A stretch of 64,000 nt of DNA from an uncultured Acidimicrobiales bacterium. GTDB lineage: Bacteria > Actinomycetota > Acidimicrobiia > Acidimicrobiales > SZUA-35. The DNA lies in the NCBI GenBank assembly GCA_938002965.1, contig CALKZY010000017.1, positions 19,443 to 83,442 on the forward strand, given 5' to 3'. The notes under the pieces are model-generated. The model was not told where the DNA came from, ran no database searches, and was given only the letters and a program-made list of their open reading frames with translations. Of this stretch, positions 53,175-62,983 are shown in pieces. The translations under genes were made by a program, and so were the position numbers. Every line of letters begins with the position of its first letter. Position 1 is the stretch's first letter.

Positions 53175-54644
53175 TCACCCGATCACCCAAGAACCGGACG
53201 GCCGATCGTCCTCGGCTTCCTGCTGAACGTTCGACTCTTGTGCCCGCAGCCCGGCGAGCAGATCCAGAACGGCTTGCCGGAGTAGATGCTCAAGGTCGAG
53301 GCCAAGGGTGCGGGCCGCCATGGCCACCGCCAACAGCGTTCGACCAACTTCGGTCTCGGTCTTTGGTTGCAGCTCCGACAAGGTAAGAAGCGACTCTGAA
53401 ACCGACGCGTACGGACCCGTCGCCGGTAGGCCGAAGGTCCGAATAGCTTTACCCAGTGCCTTGTCGGCAAAGGCCAGCGAAGGAAGGTCGGCCGGAATAC
53501 CGTCAAAAACCGAGCGGCGCCCGGACTGCTGTGTCTTCTTAGCCTCCCAAGTCTTGGCCATGGCCGACAGATCCCGGGTGTCGTCGTCACCTTCGTCGGG
53601 GCGAGGCGGCAGTATGTCACCGTCGAAGCTGACCGCAGGGTCAAAAACGTGTGGGTGGCGCTCGACCATCTTTTGAGTGAGCGTGCGGGCGACGTCGCCC
53701 ACGGTGAACTGCCCCTCTTCAGCGGCGAGCCTGCTGTGAAACAAGATCTGGAACCAGAGATCGCCCAACTCGCTCTCTAGCTCCTCATAGGCCAGACCCG
53801 CCTCGTCCGGACCGGCCTCGACGACCCCGTCCAAGGCGTCAAGAACTTCATACGCCTCCTCACGAAGGTACTTTCGCAACGACCCGTGATCTTGAGTCTG
53901 ATCCCAGGGGCACTGCTCTCGCAGGCGGTCCATCATGGCGATCGACAACAACAACTCGGAGCCCACAGGTTGGGCCATCTCGGGAATGAACAACGTGGTG
54001 AGGTGATCGGCTTCGACCCGGTCCAACTCGTCCCATCGGACCTCAGTAATGGTCTCGCTCTGTGTACCAAGCCCCTGGAGCACAACAACGGGGGTAGACG
54101 GTGGCTGGTCCACCGCCAGCTTGATGTCAGACAACACCCACTGCGCGTGAGTGTGAGCCACGAGCAACGGGCCCCGTTGCTCAGCAGCCTGAGTGTTGAA
54201 TCGATGTCCATCGATCAGGCGAACACCCTCATCAACGGGGTCCACCCGCAGGCGACTCCAGGCAACGTCGAGGAACGACATAGCCGGAAGGAGATCCAAC
54301 TCGATGCTCTCGGGCAGTTCGCCGACTCTGTCTTGGAGGTGCCGGACCGAACGCTCGAGTACCAGCGGAGACCCGGGAACAGCGTAGACGACCTGACCGG
54401 CGCTGGATGTTTCGTTCACTAACGAGTCGGCTATTTGATGGTAGACGTCATCAAACGTCTCAGATTCCTCGTAGAGGTGATCAAAGCTTCGGTAGCTCTC
54501 GATCATCTCGATATTGGGGTGCCTGGCCGTGCGCAGGAACACCGGCAGTCCAGAGTTAAGGAGATCCTCGGTTTGGCGAGTGCGGTACCCGGGGCCGCCA
54601 GGCCCCAGTCCACAGACGATCAGCCGCGAAGCCGTTGCACTCAC
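53175..54644 (-). CDS. mazG: MazG nucleotide pyrophosphohydrolase fused to N-terminal tetrapyrrole-methylase-like domain (YabN-type)
   Basis: The N-domain is LIVCGLGPGGPG.... The MazG motifs are EEAYEVLDAL and ELGDLWFQILFH, followed by a second degenerate MazG repeat. The GTG start at 54644 overlaps the upstream stop as GTGA. Confidence 0.85.
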   Translation of the reverse strand: MSATASRLIVCGLGPGGPGYRTRQTEDLLNSGLPVFLRTARHPNIEMIESYRSFDHLYEESETFDDVYHQIADSLVNETSSAGQVVYAVPGSPLVLERSVRHLQDRVGELPESIELDLLPAMSFLDVAWSRLRVDPVDEGVRLIDGHRFNTQAAEQRGPLLVAHTHAQWVLSDIKLAVDQPPSTPVVVLQGLGTQSETITEVRWDELDRVEADHLTTLFIPEMAQPVGSELLLSIAMMDRLREQCPWDQTQDHGSLRKYLREEAYEVLDALDGVVEAGPDEAGLAYEELESELGDLWFQILFHSRLAAEEGQFTVGDVARTLTQKMVERHPHVFDPAVSFDGDILPPRPDEGDDDTRDLSAMAKTWEAKKTQQSGRRSVFDGIPADLPSLAFADKALGKAIRTFGLPATGPYASVSESLLTLSELQPKTETEVGRTLLAVAMAARTLGLDLEHLLRQAVLDLLAGLRAQESNVQQEAEDDRPSGSWVIG

Positions 54645-55702
54645 TCGGAGACGGAGGCTCCCTCGACGATTCTGAGCGTCGCAGTGTCCCACGATCCAAT
54701 CACCGGGTCGACCTCAACGGTTGCGCCTGAAAGTGCTTCGGTGATACGACTGTTCAACTCGGCCGACGGGTCGACCGGCTGTTCGTCGTAGCTTTCTACC
54801 ACGATCACATGCCAACCGAACTGAGTCTGAACGGGCCCGACGACCTCGCCGATTCCGGCCTCGTCGACAGCGGCCGCGAATTCGGGAACGTAATTGGTGG
54901 AAGCGGCACAACCAAGATCGCCACCTGAAGGTCCTGACGGCCCGGTCGAGCGCACGATGGCCGTTTCGGCGAAATCAGCCCCGGCTTCCAGTTCGGTGAG
55001 AACCTCTTGAGCGACCGATTCCTCGTCCACGAGAATATGTCGGACACAGGGGACTTCGGCGACGGCCCCGCCGCCACCGGCTATCGCCTCGATCAGTGCT
55101 TGCTGGTCGGCCTGCAGCTCGGATACAAAGCCGAGGTAGGGCACGTCATCGAACATCGCCTGAGCATCTCCCTCAGGGTCATCGCTGTCGCCGTACCACG
55201 AGACGATGAGTTCCAACAGCGAGCCACGAGCGGCTTCAACTTCGGCATCGGATGGTTCAGCATCCAACGCCGCTAGTTGTCGGTCCAATACCTTTCCAAC
55301 AATGTGCTCGCCGGCCACCGTGCTGTAGAACCCAGGGGGAACCACGCCACCGAAGCCTCGGCGGATGAATTCCTCGCTCTCCCAAACCGACAGGGCGACC
55401 TCGTTGAGTTCACCGTGGGTCAGCTGCCACTGCTCGTCACCAAAGTCGACGTCAATGGCAACCTCACCGGCCGGTGAGGTGACCGGGGGTTCCGATGGTT
55501 GCAGGGGAGGCACCGTGGAGGTCGGCAGAGCTCCATCATCGTCACCGGACTCACTGTCGGAGTCACCGCCTTCGACTTCGTCAGAAGCGACCGTGGCGCT
55601 GGTCTCCTCCTCGGTGTCTAGGGCATCGTCCGACGTGCGGTCTACTCCGCAGGCCGATGCCACCAGCACCAAGCTGAGGAGGGTCAAAAAGAATTTGCTC
55701 AC
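54641..55702 (-). CDS. PpiC/parvulin-type peptidyl-prolyl isomerase lipoprotein (PrsA-like)
   Basis: Signal and lipobox are MSKFFLTLLSLVLVASAC. The rotamase domain is VRHILVDEES...GDLGC...FGWHVIVVE. Confidence 0.8.
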   Translation of the reverse strand: MSKFFLTLLSLVLVASACGVDRTSDDALDTEEETSATVASDEVEGGDSDSESGDDDGALPTSTVPPLQPSEPPVTSPAGEVAIDVDFGDEQWQLTHGELNEVALSVWESEEFIRRGFGGVVPPGFYSTVAGEHIVGKVLDRQLAALDAEPSDAEVEAARGSLLELIVSWYGDSDDPEGDAQAMFDDVPYLGFVSELQADQQALIEAIAGGGGAVAEVPCVRHILVDEESVAQEVLTELEAGADFAETAIVRSTGPSGPSGGDLGCAASTNYVPEFAAAVDEAGIGEVVGPVQTQFGWHVIVVESYDEQPVDPSAELNSRITEALSGATVEVDPVIGSWDTATLRIVEGASVSE

Positions 55703-55753
55703 CCCGGCAGGCTAGCGGCTCAGACGGCTAGCCAGCGGTCATCAAAGCCCCGA

Positions 55754-56773
55754 CTAGTCGACACTCCAGGTCGCTAGCGATCGTAGTAACTCACCGAGAT
55801 CGCCGGGGCCGTTCTTCTCAGCCGCCTCTGCCAGTTGACGATTGACGGCCTCGCCGTACTCGGGGGCATCCACCGCTCGGAAAATGCCGAACGGAGTGGG
55901 GCTGTAGTTGTCTTGAGACAACATCCCGAGTGCGAAGGCCATGGCCGGGCTGCTGGTCGACTCGTCGTGAACAAGAAGTGCCGACTCATCGACTTCGGCG
56001 ACATCGACGACCTCAGCCGCACCGTCAACCATGTGAAGTCCACGGTTGTTGTCAGCGCCGAAGCGAATCTGCTCGCCATGACTCAAGTTGATCATCATGT
56101 CGGCCCGATTGTCCCGTTTGAGAATCGGGTCGTATGCACCGTCGTTGAAGACATTGCAGTTCTGATAGATCTCGATGAAGGCCGCGCCACGATGCTCGTG
56201 GGCCCGACGAAAGACCTCAATCATGTGCTTGCGGTCGAGATCGTGGGTGCGAGCCACAAACGTTGCCCCAGCACCGGCGGCCAGAGCAATCGGATTGAAG
56301 GGACGGTCGACTGAGCCCATCGGAGTCGACTTCGTGACCTTGCCAACTTCACTGGTCGGTGAGTACTGGCCCTTGGTCAACCCGTAGATCTGGTTGTTGA
56401 AGAGCAGGACCGTCATGTTGACGTTTCGTCGGAGAGCGTGGATCAGGTGATTACCACCGATAGACAGCATGTCGCCATCACCACCGACCACCCAAACGTT
56501 GAGATCGGGACGGCTCATGGCCAGCCCGGTTGCGATTGCCGGTGAGCGACCGTGAATGGTGTGCATCCCATAGGTCGACATGTAGTACGGGAATCGGGCG
56601 GCGCAGCCGATACCAGATACGAACGCCGTGTCTTCACGCTTGACGTCTAGTTCGGTGTGTAGAAACTGCATGGCGGCCAAAATGCCGTAGTCACCGCAGC
56701 CTGGGCACCAGCGAACTTCCTGGTCGGAAGTCCAGAACGGACGCTTGGTCGGATCGAGTTGTACGTCAGTCAT
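55754..56773 (-). CDS. korB: 2-oxoacid:ferredoxin oxidoreductase beta subunit
   Basis: WCPGCGDYGIL and the TPP-binding GGDGD...NNQIYGLTKGQ are present. 339 aa. Confidence 0.9.
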   Translation of the reverse strand: MTDVQLDPTKRPFWTSDQEVRWCPGCGDYGILAAMQFLHTELDVKREDTAFVSGIGCAARFPYYMSTYGMHTIHGRSPAIATGLAMSRPDLNVWVVGGDGDMLSIGGNHLIHALRRNVNMTVLLFNNQIYGLTKGQYSPTSEVGKVTKSTPMGSVDRPFNPIALAAGAGATFVARTHDLDRKHMIEVFRRAHEHRGAAFIEIYQNCNVFNDGAYDPILKRDNRADMMINLSHGEQIRFGADNNRGLHMVDGAAEVVDVAEVDESALLVHDESTSSPAMAFALGMLSQDNYSPTPFGIFRAVDAPEYGEAVNRQLAEAAEKNGPGDLGELLRSLATWSVD

Positions 56774-56784
56774 CGTGTCACTTC

Positions 56785-58656
56785 CTACCCGTTCATAGCT
56801 GTTTGAATGATTTCGGCGAGTTCAGCGGCCGTAAACGGCACACCCATCACTTTATTGATTGGCGTGGCGTCAACCAGATATTCAGCTCGGATGAGCCGAA
56901 CCAGTTGACCCCGGTTCAGTTCAGGCACAAATACATGTTGGCGACCATTAAGCACCTCGGCCAAATTCGGTGGGAACGGGTTGAGGTGCGTCAGGTTGGC
57001 ATGGTCGACGTCCAGCCCAGCAGTCCGCAGCCGTTCGGCGGCCGATGTGATCGCCCCTCGGGTTGATCCCCAACCCAAGATGAGAATGGGAGCATTGCCC
57101 GGCCCCTCGACTGAGACCGGCGGAATGTCCGAAGCGATACCGGCGATTTTCGCTTCGCGAAGTTCAGTCATCCGGCCGTGATTGGCAGGGTCGTAGTTGA
57201 CGTTGCCGGTGACATCCTGCTTTTCCAGACCGCCCACTCGGTGCTCGAGGCCTGGGGTGCCTGGAACCGCCCAAGGACGGGCCAGCGTTTCAGGGTCTCT
57301 CTTGTAGGGCATGAAGACCGGTTGACCGGTTGGATCTTCGGCGTTGGGTTCAGTAGCAAACTCGACGCTGATGTCCGGCAGGGTCGAGACGTCGGGTAGT
57401 AGCCAGGGTTCGGCGCCGTTGGCCAGGTAGCCATCGGTCAACAAGATGACCGGTGTTCGGTACTTGAGCGCCAGCCTCGAGGCCTCGATGGCCGCATAGA
57501 AACAATCGGCCGGGGTTGAAGCGGCGACGATTGGAAGCGGTGCTTCCCCGTGACGGCCGTACATCGCCATCATGAGATCCGAAGCCTCGGTTTTGGTTGG
57601 CAGACCGGTAGACGGGCCACCTCGCTGAACGTCGACAATGACCAGCGGAATCTCGATGCTTACCGCCAGGCCGATTGTCTCACCCTTGAGCGCAACTCCC
57701 GGACCCGACGTGGTCGTGAAGGACAGACTGCCACCAAAGGCTGCACCAAGTGCAGCTCCGACGCCTGCTATCTCATCTTCAGCTTGGAAGGTCCGGACAC
57801 CAAAGTTTTTGTGCCTGCTCAGTTCGTGGAGGATGTCCGAAGCAGGAGTGATGGGGTACGTGCCCAAAAACACCGGAAGCTTCGACAGTTCCCCAGCGGC
57901 CACCATTCCCCATGCCGTTGCTACGTTGCCGGTGATGTTGGTGTACTCACCGGGTTGCTGTTTGGCCGGGTCGACCTTGAACGGCGAGCCGAACATCTCG
58001 GCGGTTTCGCCGAAGGCGTGACCGGCTTTGAAGGCGGCGGTGTTAGCCGCGGCCACAGCCGGCAGTTTGCCGAACTTGCCGTCAATCCACTCGAACGTCG
58101 GCTGGGTTGGACGGGAGTACATCCAGCTGACCAAACCGAGGGCAAAAAAGTTCTTGGCCCGCTCGGCGTCCCGCTTCTTGACCTCAATGTCTTCGGTGGC
58201 CCCAAGGGTCAACTTGGTCATGTTCACCCGGTGAACGACGTATCCGTCAAGCTCCCCCGTTTCGCGTGGATCGGACTCGAATCCAGCCTTCTCGAGGTTG
58301 CGCTCGTCGAAGGCATCGTCGTTCAGGATGAGTGTGCCGCCGTCGCGCAGTCTGCTGAGTTCGGACTTGAGGGCAGCCGGGTTCATGGCCACCAGCACAT
58401 CGGGAGCGTCACCCGGTGTGTAGATCTCGTGATCCGAGATGTGCACCTGGAATGCCGAAACGCCAGCCAAGGTTCCCTGGGGCGCCCGAATTTCGGCCGG
58501 AAACTCCGGCAATGTCGCCAAGTCGTTTCCGGCTAAAGCACTGGCCGAGGTGAAACGGTCCCCAGTCAACTGCATACCGTCGCCCGAGTCTCCGGCAAAA
58601 CGAATAACAACCTGATCGAGCGATGTCTGCTCAACCGGTTCAGCGGTGTCTGTCAC
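56785..58656 (-). CDS. korA: 2-oxoacid:ferredoxin oxidoreductase alpha subunit
   Basis: 623 aa. The N-terminal gamma-like domain (RFAGDSGDGMQ) is fused to the alpha domain (YPITPASDILHEL). The gene is adjacent to korB. Confidence 0.9.
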   Translation of the reverse strand: MTDTAEPVEQTSLDQVVIRFAGDSGDGMQLTGDRFTSASALAGNDLATLPEFPAEIRAPQGTLAGVSAFQVHISDHEIYTPGDAPDVLVAMNPAALKSELSRLRDGGTLILNDDAFDERNLEKAGFESDPRETGELDGYVVHRVNMTKLTLGATEDIEVKKRDAERAKNFFALGLVSWMYSRPTQPTFEWIDGKFGKLPAVAAANTAAFKAGHAFGETAEMFGSPFKVDPAKQQPGEYTNITGNVATAWGMVAAGELSKLPVFLGTYPITPASDILHELSRHKNFGVRTFQAEDEIAGVGAALGAAFGGSLSFTTTSGPGVALKGETIGLAVSIEIPLVIVDVQRGGPSTGLPTKTEASDLMMAMYGRHGEAPLPIVAASTPADCFYAAIEASRLALKYRTPVILLTDGYLANGAEPWLLPDVSTLPDISVEFATEPNAEDPTGQPVFMPYKRDPETLARPWAVPGTPGLEHRVGGLEKQDVTGNVNYDPANHGRMTELREAKIAGIASDIPPVSVEGPGNAPILILGWGSTRGAITSAAERLRTAGLDVDHANLTHLNPFPPNLAEVLNGRQHVFVPELNRGQLVRLIRAEYLVDATPINKVMGVPFTAAELAEIIQTAMNG

Positions 58657-59018
58657 GTGAATCCCCTACTCCCACTAGTTGAAGGAAGATCGATATCGCC
58701 GCTCGGTAATGTCTATCCGGAGATCTGGCGACAGTCACTCTTCCAGTAGTTCCTCTGATATGACGGCGCCCCTGGTGGGTTGGAACGCTACGTCGACAAA
58801 ACTACTACTGTGCATTCCCGGCTCGGCAGTGAAACTGTCGACACATCATGGCCGACAACGACACTGTTCTCGCCGGTCGGATCTGCGTTCTGGTAAGTTG
58901 CCCGAGGGAATCACCGGACCACAGATCTGGTTTTTCCACGATAACGGCGTTGACGGTCCTCCTGACGAATCTCGGGGACATTCCCGGTGTCACGCCAACA
59001 AGATCAACCGGAGCGCCC

Positions 59019-60212
59019 ATGGCCGATCTTCCCACATTCGCATCAAATCGACAGCCTCATCTCAACGCCAGGTTGCAGGGTTTCGGAACCACCATCTTCG
59101 CCGAGATGTCGGCGTTGGCAGCGAAGACGAACGCCATAAACCTTGGACAAGGGTTTCCCGACACCGACGGCCCCCAAGAGGTCATTGAGGCCGCGGTTGC
59201 CGCTCTGCGAGCTGGACACAACCAATATCCTCCGGGCCCCGGCACGGCTGAATTACGCCAGGCCATAGCCGATCATCAGGCCCGTTTCTACGGCCTTGCC
59301 ACCGACCCCGACCATGTCTTGGTCACTACTGGGGCTACCGAGGCACTTACCGCAACCATGCTCGCCCTGTGCGAAACGGGCGACGAGGTGTTGGCGTTCG
59401 ATCCGACCTACGACAGCTACAACGCCGCGGTTTCGATGGCCGGCGCCCGGTTGCGGACCGTAACCCTGAAGCCCTCCGACGATGGACGATTCAGCTTCGA
59501 TCACGACCTGTTCGTCTCGCTCATCTCGGCCAAGACACGGGCGGTGCTGTTGAACACCCCGCACAACCCGACCGGCAAAGTATTCACCTCTGACGAGCTG
59601 AATCTGATCGCCGATTGCTGCCGCCAAAACGATCTGTTGTTGATCACCGACGAAGTCTACGAACACATGGTATTCGATGGTGTCCATCAACCTCCAGCAG
59701 GCCTGGACGGTATGGCCGAACGGACCATCACTATTTCGTCGGCAGGAAAGACCTTCTCGGTCACCGGCTGGAAGATCGGGTGGGCCATCGCTCGGCCGGA
59801 TCTCCTCACGGCCATTCGCACCGCCAAACAGTTCCTCACCTTCGTCAGTGGCGCCCCGTTCCAACCGGCCGTGGCCACCGGATTGGTCTTGGGTGACGAC
59901 TACTTTGACGGGTTGACATCGCAGCTCCGCCATAAACGGGATCTTCTCGGCGACTATCTGGAACGCTCCGGGTTCGACGTCTACCAGCCCGAAGGAACGT
60001 ACTTCACCATGGTCGACATCAGCCCAGTGAGTGACCTGGACGGGATCGGTTTCTGTCTTTCTCTTCCGGAACGAGCCGGAGTGGTGGCCGTACCGGCCCA
60101 AGTATTCTACGAGGATCAGTCCGAAGGCTCATCGCTGGTGCGTTTCTGCTTCACCAAGCGCGACGAGGTACTGATCGAGGCTGGCGAGCGGCTACAAGCA
60201 ACGTTCGGATAG
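59019..60212 (+). CDS. class I/II pyridoxal-phosphate aminotransferase (YbdL/kynurenine-aminotransferase-like)
   Basis: INLGQGFPD, LNTPHNPTG and the PLP-lysine region SAGKTFSVTGWKIGW are present. Start is set at ATG 59019 with GGAG 7 nt upstream. The in-frame extension to 58848 has atypical codon usage. Confidence 0.88.
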   Translation: MADLPTFASNRQPHLNARLQGFGTTIFAEMSALAAKTNAINLGQGFPDTDGPQEVIEAAVAALRAGHNQYPPGPGTAELRQAIADHQARFYGLATDPDHVLVTTGATEALTATMLALCETGDEVLAFDPTYDSYNAAVSMAGARLRTVTLKPSDDGRFSFDHDLFVSLISAKTRAVLLNTPHNPTGKVFTSDELNLIADCCRQNDLLLITDEVYEHMVFDGVHQPPAGLDGMAERTITISSAGKTFSVTGWKIGWAIARPDLLTAIRTAKQFLTFVSGAPFQPAVATGLVLGDDYFDGLTSQLRHKRDLLGDYLERSGFDVYQPEGTYFTMVDISPVSDLDGIGFCLSLPERAGVVAVPAQVFYEDQSEGSSLVRFCFTKRDEVLIEAGERLQATFG

Positions 60213-60240
60213 GTCGCCTCGACACCTTTGGGGCGACGGC

Positions 60241-62019
60241 TTAGTCAGCAGCGTTGTCTTGGAGCTGCTCGGCTGCCTCGTCGGCCCTTCCAGCGGTGAC
60301 CGCCTCGGCGGTGTCGGCCCGCCGACGAACCGCGGTCAACTCCCCCAGGTTGGCGACGAACAGCACAATTGCCGCCGCGGTCAAAAGCGCGGCAACTACG
60401 TAGACGCTGACACTCAGCACACCCGATGCCACCGCCCTTAGGGCAAGAAAGGCAGCTACGACCACGGCGTAGACCGCGGTCAAGCGAAGGGCTGGACCGA
60501 AGTGGCGGCGCACCAACTGCTCAAGCAGAGAGAACCCGGCGGCCACAACGGCAACCACGGTGGTCACCCGAAGCGGATCGAATACCAGCATGGAGGCAAA
60601 GGCCAGGATTAGTAGCGGGACGCTGACAGCGGCCCAGCCGGCCAACAACCAACCGGCCTCCTGTGGGGGCGCAAGCGGAACTGCGGCCTGAACAAGGTGA
60701 TCTCGAATTCCGGTTACCTTCTGTTGGCCCCGTCGCAGTCGGGCCTGAAGGTCGGATAGTTCTACCCGTCGCCGAAGAAGGTCGCTCAACCGTTCGGAAG
60801 CCTCATAACGACGGACCGGGTCATCCACCTGGCCGAACACGGGAAGAAGCCGAGATGACCGGTCAATCTCAGAGTCGACCTCCTCCAACGCCAGACGAAT
60901 GCTCTCCTCGGACGCTACCGCTCGAGCCTGGGACGGCGGATTCGTTCCGTGAAGACCGGCGAAACCTACAGGGTCGGCCCACGATGCCCGCACATCGCCT
61001 GACCGGGTGAATTTTGGTCCGGCAGGTCCACGTTCTCCATTGGTTCTGTCTCCGGTGTCGAGGCCCCAGAGGCCGCGATACTGACCGGCCCAGGGAACAC
61101 TGTCGTCCAACAGACGAAGGTCCCAGTCGCCGTGCTCCAATCCGTCTCCAGGGGCAGAATCGACAAATGGGACACCAACTGCCGGACCGAGACCTCGTTC
61201 GGCTGCCTGGTCAGGGATCTGTAGAGCCCGGCGGACCCATCGTTGGAGACGCAGCAGCCATCGCAGTCCGGGGACATCAATGCGGGTTATGTAGTCACCC
61301 GGCAAAAAGAACAACGCATGTGATCCAGCTCCGACGAACAAGACCGGACGGTCCCCGCGGCGCTGTAGCTCGACGTCATCCCAGTGCCGGCGAAGGTTGG
61401 CACCGTCCAACTCGTGATTGGATACCACCACCCAGACGGGGCTGCGATCAGATGGATCACACATGATCCAGATCTGTTCCCAGTCAGCCTCATGATCGTT
61501 CAAACCCCGATAGCCGGACCGCCAATCATTCATGGCGTAGAAATAGGCGTAGTGGAGGACCGTCCAGTTGGCGATTTCAGCCACTCGACCGTACACGACC
61601 GGCCGGGGTCCAGTTTCAAGTTCCGCCGATTTGATAGCAGCGGCAGGGGTCGTCAAACCAGGGGTGGTAGGCCTAAACCACACGCTGGCTAAAAAGAGAG
61701 CATCAACCATGCGACCGAAGAGGCCGACGCGACCGAGACGCGGGCCCAACAACCGGCGGGCCAGCTGACGAGCGTCGGTCCGAACTACGGCTCGACGTTC
61801 GGTGTCGGAAATGAACTGGAGGTAGGTGCCCACCGGCAGTTCACCGGTCAGATCGGCCAATCGAACGTGCCCGGCTTCGGCCAGCTGCTCGGTGTCGGAC
61901 CAAAGTGAGCACGACTGAACGTACGGATCCACCGGTGCGGGAAAGAAAAGCTCTCGCTGATCGAAGCGCAATACCGGTGCGTGTCGGATCAGAAGATCGC
62001 GGTCGTCTCGAGTGTTCAT
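60241..62019 (-). CDS. membrane protein with N-terminal Vps62/DUF946-like domain and C-terminal multi-TM region
   Basis: 592 aa. RHAPVLRFDQRELFFPAPVDPYV and YAYFYAMNDW...NDHEADWEQIWI resemble Vps62-family motifs from memory. A coiled-coil segment follows, then about 4 hydrophobic spans. Confidence 0.6.
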   Translation of the reverse strand: MNTRDDRDLLIRHAPVLRFDQRELFFPAPVDPYVQSCSLWSDTEQLAEAGHVRLADLTGELPVGTYLQFISDTERRAVVRTDARQLARRLLGPRLGRVGLFGRMVDALFLASVWFRPTTPGLTTPAAAIKSAELETGPRPVVYGRVAEIANWTVLHYAYFYAMNDWRSGYRGLNDHEADWEQIWIMCDPSDRSPVWVVVSNHELDGANLRRHWDDVELQRRGDRPVLFVGAGSHALFFLPGDYITRIDVPGLRWLLRLQRWVRRALQIPDQAAERGLGPAVGVPFVDSAPGDGLEHGDWDLRLLDDSVPWAGQYRGLWGLDTGDRTNGERGPAGPKFTRSGDVRASWADPVGFAGLHGTNPPSQARAVASEESIRLALEEVDSEIDRSSRLLPVFGQVDDPVRRYEASERLSDLLRRRVELSDLQARLRRGQQKVTGIRDHLVQAAVPLAPPQEAGWLLAGWAAVSVPLLILAFASMLVFDPLRVTTVVAVVAAGFSLLEQLVRRHFGPALRLTAVYAVVVAAFLALRAVASGVLSVSVYVVAALLTAAAIVLFVANLGELTAVRRRADTAEAVTAGRADEAAEQLQDNAAD

Positions 62020-62107
62020 GGCTCTACGCGAGTCGGCGCCGGAACAAATGCCGGCGCCGACTTATCAGAATGTTCCATCGGGCAGCGCCGATCGGATGCA
62101 GTCCTTA

Positions 62108-62665
62108 TCAGGCTGCAGCAGGAATACGCAGCACCTGGCCGATGTAAATCTTGTCCGGGTCGCTGAGCATGGGGCGGTTGGCCTCGAAGATAACCATGTA
62201 CTTGTTGGCGTCACCGTAGTGGTCCTTGGCGATTCCGCTCAGCGTGTCGCCGGAAACGACTACATGCATGTCGGACTCTTCAGCCGGAGTGTCAACCTCG
62301 ATCTCTTCTTCCACCGTGCCGACGTCGGCGACGTTGCCGACAGCCAAAATCACCCGCTCACGGGTTTCCTGATCAGCCACGGTGCCGGAAATTGTGGCTA
62401 CACCGTCGTGATAGCGGATGTCGAGGTTCTTCACGTCAAAGCCCAGCTCTCGAACGTAGCGCTCGAGGCCGATGGCCTTCTTGGAGTCGTCGAGTCGACG
62501 CATCTTGGCCTGCTTGGCGGCCGCAGCTTTACGAGCCTTCACCCGCTTGGACATTTCAGCGGCCCGCTCGGCGGAAGCGGCTTCAGCCTTAGCCTGCTTT
62601 TCTTCCTTACTGTCGCCAATGCCAACCTTGGCGCCAGCCTCACGAATAAAATCGAACACGCCCAT
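62108..62665 (-). CDS. kbp: BON plus LysM domain protein (Kbp/YgaU-like)
   Basis: MGVFDFIREAGAKVG parallels E. coli Kbp MGLFNFVKDAGEKLW. The C-terminal LysM GDTLSGIAKDHYGDANKYMVIFEANRPMLSDPDKIYIGQVLRIP parallels E. coli ...[25 protein letters not shown] (from memory). SD is GAGGAG. Confidence 0.85.
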   Translation of the reverse strand: MGVFDFIREAGAKVGIGDSKEEKQAKAEAASAERAAEMSKRVKARKAAAAKQAKMRRLDDSKKAIGLERYVRELGFDVKNLDIRYHDGVATISGTVADQETRERVILAVGNVADVGTVEEEIEVDTPAEESDMHVVVSGDTLSGIAKDHYGDANKYMVIFEANRPMLSDPDKIYIGQVLRIPAAA

Positions 62666-62983
62666 ATGATCACTTACTCCTCATGCCGCTTTCCGCAGCT
62701 TCTCTTCAGCCGCCTGGGCGGCGTATCTCTCAGTGGTCTTCTCGCAACCTAGCACGTGTTAGGGCGGGCCTGGCCGATTCCGATAGTCCGACCGCCCAGA
62801 CCAGCAGAGAACCGAAATTAGATCAATTCGATTTGATAGTGGCCCGTTGGGCCGTCTCGCAATCTCTAGCGATACGGTTCAATCACCACCGAAGCCGGAC
62901 GCCGGCAGGGCAAAGTACCGTGCGGTGCTTGAGACACCTAGACTAGGGCGTTGACCACTTGACGAAGGAGCCAGCATCAGGCG

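Noticed and set aside
53163-53186. Three tandem CCGATCAC octamers straddling the mazG stop codon.
   Set aside because: This is very short low-complexity slippage-type repetition at a gene end between convergent genes. No structure or function is suggested beyond chance.
58848-59018. In-frame N-terminal extension of the aminotransferase from ATG 58848.
   Set aside because: The extension uses many A/T-ending and rare codons (AGA, ATA, AGT, GTA) and has no similarity to aminotransferase N-termini. ATG 59019 has a GGAG Shine-Dalgarno and gives a canonical N-terminus.
62666-62983. A cyclic-di-AMP (ydaO-type) or other riboswitch upstream of kbp, or of the parA-like/trk string (14401..14561).
   Set aside because: I could not recognise the conserved riboswitch core motifs by eye in either leader. 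The claim would need an Infernal/Rfam scan.
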